From the IMG/VR virus record IMGVR_UViG_3300018080_008188, positions 1 to 64,000 of that record: a DNA stretch of 64,000 bases; one strand, written 5' to 3'. Shown piece by piece: positions 29,666 to 37,923 of this stretch. Source of the stretch: a virus. A program made the translations under genes and the position numbers. The notes beneath the pieces were generated by a model. It was not told the origin of the DNA. It ran no database searches and worked only from the letters and a program-made list of their open reading frames with translations. Position 1 is the stretch's first letter; each line of letters begins with the position of its first letter.

Positions 29666-32600
29666 CGAAAGCGTAGTCATACGGGAGCTTGAAAAAATAG
29701 CGTCCGACATGGGCTGGGTAGTTGAGGAGAAAGCAGATCCCGGGCTTGAAAACGCTGTGCGCGAAAAGGTCAATTCCGTTGGGGCGCTGCTGCCTTCCAA
29801 TGTATCTCTGGAGCATGTGCTGCCGGTGCCCGAAGGCGGAGACGTGAGGCGCGCGCTGGATGTTGTCCGGCACGCCGCCTCCAGGCATGAGGCAAAAGAA
29901 TCCGGCGGAAAATACCGCGCGGCTGTAGAAATGCTTGGTGACAGCAACCTAGATAGGGTTCTTGCCGGCCTTGAGGGTGTCGAAAATATTATCAAGTCTG
30001 CCGAAGTATACAACATGGAAGATGTACTAAGAGATGCCAGAAAACTCGACGAGAAGCGTGGACCGAAACAACAGAAAAGAGTGGATCCGGGTTTGGTGCG
30101 GAAAATTACGAAGCTCTGGAACCAACTTCCCATTCCAGACAAACGCAAATTACTTGGCGGCTTGGATGTAAAATCATGGACGAAGAAATACGGCCCTCTG
30201 ATTGAACATTTTGCTAAACCGCAGAATTTCAAACAACTTCAGCAGACGCACGCACGCTTATCGAATGTTAAAAATGTGGAATTTGGCAAACCCGTTATTG
30301 AGCGTGCCCCATATTCTACTAAAAGAAAAACAAGGAGGACAGGAAATCCAACTCTGGTCAAGGTTCAGAAGTACTTGGTGCGCTGGTTCAAAAACCCGGC
30401 AATACTGGGACCCACCGGTGCTGACGGTTTCTGGGGAAGATATACTGCCAAGGCATGGAACAGGTTCATGAAAGACATAGGAAACACGGCTTTGGCTAAT
30501 AAGGGACCGAAAAATCCTCCGGATCAAGGAAACCTTGAGTGGTTTTTGCATGTAATGCAATATGGCGAAAAGCCGGCACCAAGGCAAACCGAACGGCAAA
30601 CTACGCAACAGCAGTCCGGTCAGCAGCCTGCTGATCTGGGCAGATCATCGCCTTTTGCCTGGCAGTCGAAAGCTCACGACGCGCGCGATTCGCAACTCGA
30701 AAGGTTTGGCGATGCCAAGGAGAATATGATGAGCAGACACGATGGGCGCAAAGTTTCCGTAGCGCAGGACATGCCGGCCGAGCACATTCCCGAAGGCCTT
30801 GCGGGACGTCCCGTCCCCGTCCCTTCGGCTGAAGAGCTTGCCAAGCGCAAACCGCAACAGCAGGCGTTCCAGCCGAAGCTCCCGGACTGGATGAAGGGGG
30901 ACGAGGTTCCGGATGTGGTTCCTGAGCATCTGGTGCAGCCGCGCCAGCCGGAAACCGCGCCAACGGCTTCGCCGTACGCGCAGCTTTCCGGACCCGACCA
31001 GGCGTTTGTCAGAAACAGGGCGCGCCAGCTGGTCGAGATGTCGCGCGGCAGGCTGACTCCGCAGCAGGCGCAGCAGAGGGCGATCATTGAGCTTCAGAGG
31101 CGCAAGGGAGCTTCCGTTGCGCTGGACCTGGTGTCTCTCGCCGGCGACCTTGAAAAGATGGGGGAGCACAAGGCTGCGCGGGCAGTCGATAGGCAGCTGG
31201 CCATCTACAAGGCGGCTCTGGACAGGCTGTACGACATCACTGGAGAGACCGGGGAGCAGCTGATCGACAAAGCCCACCCCGGCGGAGGTCCGACGATGGC
31301 TCCCGCCGCCGACGAGGGCGGAAAGGTGGAGACGATCGTCGAGGAGCAGAGGAAGAACATCGAGCGGGCGACGAAGGCGCCGACCGGCAAGTACGCGTTC
31401 GTGGTGCGGCAGCTCGTTTCGCTGGCCAACCGCCTGGAGGGCGAGGGCAAGGCGAATGCTGTCGCGTCGGTAGACAAGGCTCTCAGGGACATCGAGAGGA
31501 GGGCGTCGCTCCCTTTCGTCGGTAACGCCGGACTGCATAACATTGAGAGGAAAGCTAAGCAGGTCGGTGACGATACCGAGCTTAGGGTGGCGTTCGCCAA
31601 AAAGATACGCTCTCTGAGCGGCAAGGCAGCCAAAATAGAGGGGGCCGTTGAGGACCAGCACTGGATTGGTCCGTCGGAGCGCGAAAAGGATTACTGGATA
31701 TCCTGGAATTTCGGCAGCAGGAAAAGGAACTGCCAGGAATACGACCAGTTTGCCGACGACGCAAAAGAGGCGCTCGCGTGGTGGGCCGTCAACATAGGCA
31801 GCTTTCTCAAAAGCGGCAAAATGAGCAAGCTTGCGGTTTCTGTTCGGCAGATGACGGGCGTGTTCAAGACAATAGGCGAATACTACGAAATCGTAAAAGA
31901 CGACAACTCGCCGAACGCTCTTTACGACGATTTCAAGGCGACGGCCGATTCGATCATTGCGGCCGTAGGCGCGCTGGAGAAGGGAAACAGAAACAAGGCT
32001 TTGGAGTATCTTGGCATCAAGGCAAAGGAAAAAGAAGCGCCAAGCAAGCCCGGCGCTTCTCCGTCTGCCGTAAAAATGCTCGATGCGACAAGCGCCCAGG
32101 CGAAGTACAAGAGTCTGCTGTCCCGCTTCCGGAACGCCCTTCGCAACCCCAAGGACGATGAGAAGCTGCTAAGCGCTTTTTCAAAACGCCATGTCGGGCT
32201 GGATTCCCTTTTCAAATGGATTCAGAAAGAGCTGTCCCAGGTTGACAAGATGTCTGATGCGACGGTAGTCAAGCAAAGGAACATGGTCCGAAAATACATC
32301 AAGCAGCTTGTGCAGCGCGGAGCCATAGCGGTTCAGGCCGGCAACAGAAGCGATCTCATCAGAAAGCTCGCCGAGAAGCCTGCGCAGACTGCTCCGCAGC
32401 AGCCCAAGGGCCAGTCGGGAGGTCTGCCAGAATTGGCTACCGGAAAACCCAGGAGGGTGCCGACCGGCCAGCGACGTAGGCCGAGAGTACAGTACGACGC
32501 CGATGTGGCGCGCCTACAGGTCATGATGGCCAAGGCAGGATACCGCAGCATGATGCCGACGACTTTCAAAACGGGGAAGCCGGACGGCAAGTGGGGCAAG

Positions 32601-33590
32601 GAAACCGCCAAGGTGTGGAACCAGGTCCTGCGCAAGAAGTTTCTTGAGGCTGCCGGCGGCAGCCCGCAATACGACATAGGCGGAGCCTCCCCTGCCAGGC
32701 AGCCCGGTCCGGGTGCCATCCAGAAAGCCATGCGGGCCGCGCAGTACCTGTCAATGGCAGGGCGGTCGCCGGGGCTCAGCGGAACCGTCAAGCTCGCCGA
32801 GGGCGTGGAGGTTCCGGCAAGCTCCATGCGAGATCCTGTCATGTTCATGCGCGCTCTGGCGAAGGTGCAAGCCAGCGGCGTGTCGGGCAAGCGGATCATG
32901 TCGCCAGAGAACCTGAAGGCGGCCGTCAAGCTTCTGGACGCATACGAGAACACCCTCAGGGACGCGCGCCATCCGAACTACATGGGCCTGTACTACCAGC
33001 AGGGCCCGGCCGCCGTAAGGCGGCGCCTTGCCGCCGTGAGGGGTCTCAGGGCAAAGCTGCAGAGAAGCAGCGGCGACGTTCCCCCGAGCTACGATGTTGG
33101 CGGAGGCACGGGATATGGCAAAGGTGGCGAAGGAGAGGGGCTGGGATACAGCCCCATGCTAGGAGGGCGCGGCCAGCAGGCAGCAAGAATGCCGAGAAGA
33201 GGCTGGGTGACCGAAATGTTCAAGAACGACCCGAGCAGGATGAGCGCATTTGTAAGCGCATTTCCAGGCGCCGCGAGATCGGCGTCTCCGGGAGATTACA
33301 TAACCTCGATGTGGGGTGGTGCCAGAGTGGCGAGAAACCCCAACCTGTTCATGCAGTTCTCCCACAAGATAGCCCCGCGCCGCTCAAAGGACTTCGCTGC
33401 CGGGGCGGGGGCGAAGGAAAGCGCCCTGAAGTATCTCGGCTATCTGCAGGACAAGACATCAAAGTTCCTGTCTGAACTGTACGATGTGGTCGGTCCAAGT
33501 GACTGGAGGTATACCAGTGCGTACAGCCAATGGGAGGAGATGACTGGCAATGAGCCTTACCTGCGTCAGCAGCTCGCCGGAATGCAGTAG
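29646..33590 (+). CDS. large putative internal/ejection protein with two peptidoglycan-binding domains
   Basis: VKVQKYL...ADGFWGRYTAKAW and VARLQVMM...PDGKWGKETAKVW; two helical motif copies. Confidence 0.75.
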   Translation: MRHIKASESVVIRELEKIASDMGWVVEEKADPGLENAVREKVNSVGALLPSNVSLEHVLPVPEGGDVRRALDVVRHAASRHEAKESGGKYRAAVEMLGDSNLDRVLAGLEGVENIIKSAEVYNMEDVLRDARKLDEKRGPKQQKRVDPGLVRKITKLWNQLPIPDKRKLLGGLDVKSWTKKYGPLIEHFAKPQNFKQLQQTHARLSNVKNVEFGKPVIERAPYSTKRKTRRTGNPTLVKVQKYLVRWFKNPAILGPTGADGFWGRYTAKAWNRFMKDIGNTALANKGPKNPPDQGNLEWFLHVMQYGEKPAPRQTERQTTQQQSGQQPADLGRSSPFAWQSKAHDARDSQLERFGDAKENMMSRHDGRKVSVAQDMPAEHIPEGLAGRPVPVPSAEELAKRKPQQQAFQPKLPDWMKGDEVPDVVPEHLVQPRQPETAPTASPYAQLSGPDQAFVRNRARQLVEMSRGRLTPQQAQQRAIIELQRRKGASVALDLVSLAGDLEKMGEHKAARAVDRQLAIYKAALDRLYDITGETGEQLIDKAHPGGGPTMAPAADEGGKVETIVEEQRKNIERATKAPTGKYAFVVRQLVSLANRLEGEGKANAVASVDKALRDIERRASLPFVGNAGLHNIERKAKQVGDDTELRVAFAKKIRSLSGKAAKIEGAVEDQHWIGPSEREKDYWISWNFGSRKRNCQEYDQFADDAKEALAWWAVNIGSFLKSGKMSKLAVSVRQMTGVFKTIGEYYEIVKDDNSPNALYDDFKATADSIIAAVGALEKGNRNKALEYLGIKAKEKEAPSKPGASPSAVKMLDATSAQAKYKSLLSRFRNALRNPKDDEKLLSAFSKRHVGLDSLFKWIQKELSQVDKMSDATVVKQRNMVRKYIKQLVQRGAIAVQAGNRSDLIRKLAEKPAQTAPQQPKGQSGGLPELATGKPRRVPTGQRRRPRVQYDADVARLQVMMAKAGYRSMMPTTFKTGKPDGKWGKETAKVWNQVLRKKFLEAAGGSPQYDIGGASPARQPGPGAIQKAMRAAQYLSMAGRSPGLSGTVKLAEGVEVPASSMRDPVMFMRALAKVQASGVSGKRIMSPENLKAAVKLLDAYENTLRDARHPNYMGLYYQQGPAAVRRRLAAVRGLRAKLQRSSGDVPPSYDVGGGTGYGKGGEGEGLGYSPMLGGRGQQAARMPRRGWVTEMFKNDPSRMSAFVSAFPGAARSASPGDYITSMWGGARVARNPNLFMQFSHKIAPRRSKDFAAGAGAKESALKYLGYLQDKTSKFLSELYDVVGPSDWRYTSAYSQWEEMTGNEPYLRQQLAGMQ

Positions 33591-34695
33591 CTTCGCACTC
33601 GTTAAGGAAGCCGGCGCCGGAGAGGTTGTCAGATCCGTCATGTCTCGCTTCGGCGAGCAGATAGACAGCATTAGCTTGCGTCGCAAGCCGTTTGAGACCC
33701 TGTTCAAATACATGGGAACAGGTCTGCTGTGGGCTTCCGGGCACAGGATGCTTGCCGTGCTTTTTGGCGCAGCTGAAAGCCTCCTAGGCATCGGACTCGG
33801 AACGGTCGGATCCATGATAGACAAAATGCTTGGCTTTGGCGGAAGCAAGATGCCGCAGGTAAGCGATTCGTCATTGTACGAAAGCGCCAAGGGAACCGTC
33901 GACAGCATCATATCCCGGATCCGCGGCAAGTCGGCTGTTTTCGAGCGACGCCTAATGTCCAAGAATGGCATGTTTGAAATGGACGATCTGCTTGTGGCGT
34001 GGGCCGCCGGAGTCGCGCCGGTTGTGGCGCCAGCGGCGGCCAAGTCTTCCCTCTGGTCTCGCATGGGACGGTGGATTGGGCTTGTGAAAGGAGGGGAGAG
34101 GCTTTCCCTCATAGGGCTGCTGTACGGGCTTCTGAAGGCGTTCAGCGCAGGAGTGCTTGTACATACAGGAATAAGTTTCCTGACCAAAGACGTCCCGGAT
34201 CTGATACGGGGGGTTCCCACTGAGCATGGAAAGGAAACTGGAGCGGGAGACCAGCGTCCTTCTGCGCGCACATTAAGGCGCTATGTCAATTCCGGCAGCG
34301 GAGTGGAGAAAACGATCATTGCCGTTCTTGACTCGCGCTTTCACAGCGGAGGGGTGAAGTTCTCCCGGCTGTTCGAACGCGCGCGAGGCAAAAAGCTCGC
34401 CGGATCGGAAGAGATGCAGGGGATTCTACAGGATGTCGTTTACGAGCATGACGGAATGCCAATAGAGAAGATAGACAGGTACGAAATGTTCGTGGCGCCA
34501 GACCCGGCGGAAATGGCCTCAAGGCTGCTTCCCGAGTATGTCCCGGCGGTATCTGCGGGTGCGCAGCCCGCAGCTTCGCGGAAGAGCCCTGCGGCAAAGC
34601 CGCTTTCCAGGAGAAAAAGAAAGCGGTTCAAAATGACAAGGCAGCAGATAGAGAACAGGCTTGAAAGCCTGCTTTCGGAGGAGATGGCAGCATGA
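33550..34695 (+). CDS. putative internal/ejection protein with hydrophobic helices
   Basis: Hydrophobic Gly-rich segments (MLAVLFGAAESLLGIGLGTVG; LSLIGLLYGLLKAFSAGVLV). Confidence 0.65.
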   Translation: MSLTCVSSSPECSSFALVKEAGAGEVVRSVMSRFGEQIDSISLRRKPFETLFKYMGTGLLWASGHRMLAVLFGAAESLLGIGLGTVGSMIDKMLGFGGSKMPQVSDSSLYESAKGTVDSIISRIRGKSAVFERRLMSKNGMFEMDDLLVAWAAGVAPVVAPAAAKSSLWSRMGRWIGLVKGGERLSLIGLLYGLLKAFSAGVLVHTGISFLTKDVPDLIRGVPTEHGKETGAGDQRPSARTLRRYVNSGSGVEKTIIAVLDSRFHSGGVKFSRLFERARGKKLAGSEEMQGILQDVVYEHDGMPIEKIDRYEMFVAPDPAEMASRLLPEYVPAVSAGAQPAASRKSPAAKPLSRRKRKRFKMTRQQIENRLESLLSEEMAA

Positions 34696-35912
34696 GCTTT
34701 GAACAATGGAACGGAAGCGCGGTCATGGCGGAGTTCGCCAAGAAGGCGGCCGAAAGCGGGCTGATCTCGTCCGACCTGTCACAGACCGGCGGCGGAGACC
34801 TCGTCGGAAATCCGAGCAAGGAAAACCCGGAATTCGTCAGACACAAGCCTACCGAGGACTATGACATTACCGAAGAGACGGGAGAGCAGCTGATCGACAG
34901 GGCGCACCCCAAGCCTGTCACGGTTGCCGACGCACAAGGAAGCGGCGCGCTTGTTGAAAATGTCAACGAACAGCAGCGCCACGATCTGGAAGTAGCCACC
35001 AAGATGCCGCACGGCACGCTCGTCGGCGTACATGCTTCTTTGACCAGGGAGCTGGCGAAAATAGCGGAGGAGCTGGATAGCCGGGGAAAAGAGGCGGCAG
35101 CAGTCCGCGTAGACAAATCCATGAAAAAAGTCGGCGGCATTGTTGGCTCCATTGGCGCCATTGCGATCAACCCGTGGTTTCTGATTCCGGCGCTGGTAGT
35201 CGGTCTTGGCGTGGCGGCAAACTATGTGAACTTTTTCGGATATACCGAGACGCTCAACGAAGATCTCAAAGACCTCATAAACGTGATCGAGGAGTTCGCC
35301 GAAGATTCGGAGCCCGGTCAGATGGCGCGCGACATACTGTCGGACCTAAGGCCGTATGCAAACAGGTTTGCGCGCATTCCGTCTCGCAAGGATGCTGAAA
35401 GCTTCGCGATATTCGTGCGGGATCTGGACAAGTTCGGTCAAATGCTTCCGCAGCTTGAAGCCGACATAAAGATGATGGTCGTTACAAGCGGCGGGGCGGA
35501 CTGGTACAAGTTCGGTCTTGACCAGGAAGCCAGAGTCGTCGACAAGCTCAACAGCGTGAAAAAGTGTTTCAGCAAACTCTCGTCAGTTGCTGGCGCAGCG
35601 GCAACGGTAGGCGCCCAGCAAATCAAAAGGCGGAGAGGCAAAGGCAGGGGTGAAAGGGGGCTTCCAGGCAAAGGAGACCGAAACATCGCCGCCATCCAGA
35701 AGCTCGTAGGAATGCGCCCAACAGGCAGGATGAACGGAAAGACGCAGCAGGCCATCCGCAACGCCGAAAAAAGAATACAGAAGATATTCGACAAGCATCT
35801 TGCGGACAAGGGATGGAATGTGATCGGTCTTTTCCTGCGCGACGACGGGACGACCATGGAAGCAGGAAAGATGAAGGAAATCATGGAACTAGCCGAAAGC
35901 TACATTCTCTAG
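34692..35912 (+). CDS. putative internal/ejection protein with a TM segment and C-terminal PG-binding-like domain
   Basis: IVGSIGAIAINPWFLIPALVVGLGVAA; IAAIQKLVGMRPTGRMNGKTQQAI; shared motifs. Confidence 0.7.
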   Translation: MSFEQWNGSAVMAEFAKKAAESGLISSDLSQTGGGDLVGNPSKENPEFVRHKPTEDYDITEETGEQLIDRAHPKPVTVADAQGSGALVENVNEQQRHDLEVATKMPHGTLVGVHASLTRELAKIAEELDSRGKEAAAVRVDKSMKKVGGIVGSIGAIAINPWFLIPALVVGLGVAANYVNFFGYTETLNEDLKDLINVIEEFAEDSEPGQMARDILSDLRPYANRFARIPSRKDAESFAIFVRDLDKFGQMLPQLEADIKMMVVTSGGADWYKFGLDQEARVVDKLNSVKKCFSKLSSVAGAAATVGAQQIKRRRGKGRGERGLPGKGDRNIAAIQKLVGMRPTGRMNGKTQQAIRNAEKRIQKIFDKHLADKGWNVIGLFLRDDGTTMEAGKMKEIMELAESYIL

Positions 35913-35943
35913 GTTCCATAAACCCATAGTATTTTTCGGAAAT

Positions 35944-35962
35944 CTGCTAATATTTTTCCATT
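35944..35962 (+). promoter_or_regulatory. putative late promoter motif (copy 3), upstream of the capsid operon
   Basis: ctgctaatatttttccatt. Confidence 0.65.
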
Positions 35963-36036
35963 AGTTTGAAAAGGCCCATTACAGGGCTTAAAGATCAAAG
36001 ACCAAAAAACCCTTTTATGTTTGGAGGATAGTGAAT

Positions 36037-36711
36037 ATGGCACTCAAACTTCTTCAGCCCGGCGGACCGCCCCTCGGACAGTTCGACATGCTCGACACCG
36101 ACACGGCGATTCTCGGAGGCGAAATCGGAACCCTTTCATCCGCGGCGCGCGCCAACTCGACGACCGAGAAGGCGGCCGCAGACGTTCTCGACGGATATGT
36201 CAACGACGCAGGAACCCTCAAAAGGGCCGTCGTCACCCGCACGCTCGCGAACGACAATGTTCGCCCGCTGTGGCTGCTCGACGAGGGAACCAAGAACTAC
36301 GGAACCCTCTTCGGCGTGACCATCGGCGTTCCCGCCGGTCTTGGCACGGGTTTCGCCAGCGGAGTCTATTCTGGCACCCCGCTCGGTCCCCATACCGGAG
36401 CCGCAAGCGGCAAGGTTACTTGCTGGGACAAGCCCGGCGTGTATGGCGTCACTCTGGATGCGGCCGACACTGCTGCAGCCAACGGCCTGACCCCGACCAA
36501 CACGACCCTAACTCCGGGATCTGCGCTGTACGCAACAGCCACCGGTCTTCTGACCCCGACGGTTGCCAAAACCCCAGGCGGAGCCGGTCCTGTCGTAGCT
36601 CGCTTTGTTGAGTTCGAGACGACCGAAGTGTCCTTGGTCCGCACGCCACCGTCACTTGTCGGCGCGAGCGAGCAGATTGAGCATGCGGTCATCAGCTACT
36701 TCCTCGAGTAG
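36037..36711 (+). CDS. head decoration/cement protein
   Basis: Gly/Thr/Ala-rich beta protein immediately before the MCP; GGAGGA RBS. Confidence 0.7.
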   Translation: MALKLLQPGGPPLGQFDMLDTDTAILGGEIGTLSSAARANSTTEKAAADVLDGYVNDAGTLKRAVVTRTLANDNVRPLWLLDEGTKNYGTLFGVTIGVPAGLGTGFASGVYSGTPLGPHTGAASGKVTCWDKPGVYGVTLDAADTAAANGLTPTNTTLTPGSALYATATGLLTPTVAKTPGGAGPVVARFVEFETTEVSLVRTPPSLVGASEQIEHAVISYFLE

Positions 36712-36733
36712 GCAAAATAGCATAACTTAACTT

Positions 36734-36754
36734 GGGGCCGCCATTGGCGGCCCC
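36734..36754 (+). other. GC hairpin between the decoration and MCP genes
   Basis: ggggccgcc-att-ggcggcccc. Confidence 0.65.
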
Positions 36755-36802
36755 CAGGTTTCAACCTTTCAGAACAAAGAGAACCCCAGGAGGTCAAAGA
36801 AA

Positions 36803-37828
36803 ATGTCTACCAAGCTATTCAGTACGCATGGTGAGCTCAACGCAACCGGCGTGAAGGATGCCTTGGCCAACATAGTGAAGTACGCCAGCATTCTTGAGGA
36901 GATGCAGCCTGCCAACAGCGGCATGGCGCAGCAGCCCTCTTTCACCGACCAGCAGCGCGACGAGCTGATCAAGCGCGCCCTTCTTACCCAGGAGGGCAAA
37001 ATCGCTCTAGGCCAGGCAATGGCCAATCCGATTCGTAGGAACCTCGATTACCAGGGCGTGGGTCGCCGCGTGCTGGTCGTGGATCCGCTTCCCCAGGGCG
37101 CCCTTCCCGTGTACGACCGAGACATCGATGTCGCGGCCGTCGTGGTGTCCTCGAACGGCTCGGCTCCCGAAAGCCGCGTCTTCGGCGACAGGGTGACCGT
37201 GCCCGAGTTCGAGGTCATTTCGAACCCAACCGTCAGGATCGCTGAGGTCCGCCGGCGCCGGTTCAATGTGATTGACAGGGCGCAGCAGAAGGCCCGCCAG
37301 GAGATCCAGGCCCAAGAGGATGCCAACATCTTCGCAGCTCTGGACTTCGCAGGCGATGTTTCCCTCGGCGGCGAGAACACCGCCACGGACGTTGCGGACG
37401 CCGGTCTTCTGAAGCGCGACCTTTCGGAGATCAAGGTCTCCGTCGACCGCTGGGACCTCGTCACTTCAAAGTTCCTCATGAATATCATTGAGTTTAATGA
37501 TATCCTGAACTGGGCTTCCGGCGGTGGTACCGTTGGAGTCGGCGAGATCGACCCCGTGACGCAGCGTGAGATCCTTCAGACTGGTCTTTACGCGCAGATC
37601 TGGGGCTCCGACATCATCGTCAGCAAGATCGTTCCTCCGGGAACTGTCTTCGGCGTGGCCGATCCGGAGTTCGTGGGTGTTCTTCCGATACGGCAGGACA
37701 TCGAAGTTCTTCCGGCTGATGAACCTAAACAGCTAAAGCTTGGCTGGGTTGTGAACGAAATCATAGGGATAGGCATCGTCAACCCGCGCGGCGTGGCTGT
37801 TGGTCGCAAGAACGTGGCTGTCGGCTAA
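36803..37828 (+). CDS. major capsid protein (HK97 fold)
   Basis: LGQAMANPIRRNLDYQGVGRRVLVVDPLPQGALPVYDRD...QAQED..IF...GWVVNEIIGIGIVNPRGV; AGGAGG RBS; biased codon use; followed by a terminator. Confidence 0.88.
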   Translation: MSTKLFSTHGELNATGVKDALANIVKYASILEEMQPANSGMAQQPSFTDQQRDELIKRALLTQEGKIALGQAMANPIRRNLDYQGVGRRVLVVDPLPQGALPVYDRDIDVAAVVVSSNGSAPESRVFGDRVTVPEFEVISNPTVRIAEVRRRRFNVIDRAQQKARQEIQAQEDANIFAALDFAGDVSLGGENTATDVADAGLLKRDLSEIKVSVDRWDLVTSKFLMNIIEFNDILNWASGGGTVGVGEIDPVTQREILQTGLYAQIWGSDIIVSKIVPPGTVFGVADPEFVGVLPIRQDIEVLPADEPKQLKLGWVVNEIIGIGIVNPRGVAVGRKNVAVG

Positions 37829-37856
37829 CCACCGGTCCAAAAACTTAATAACCTAG

Positions 37857-37891
37857 AAAAAACCGAACCGTTTCGGCGGTTCGGTTTTTTT
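37857..37891 (+). terminator. rho-independent terminator (possibly bidirectional)
   Basis: aaaaaaccgaaccg-tttcgg-cggttcggttttttt. Confidence 0.9.
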
Positions 37892-37923
37892 ATGTTGACT
37901 GTGTCGTTTGGCTCCCATATTTT

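Noticed and set aside
36803-37828. Encapsulin rather than phage capsid
   Set aside because: The context has a portal, protease-scaffold, neck and tailspike genes, which indicates a virion.
37843-37860. acttaataacctag as a seventh promoter motif
   Set aside because: It lacks the CTA start and the CATT box, and it runs into the terminator.
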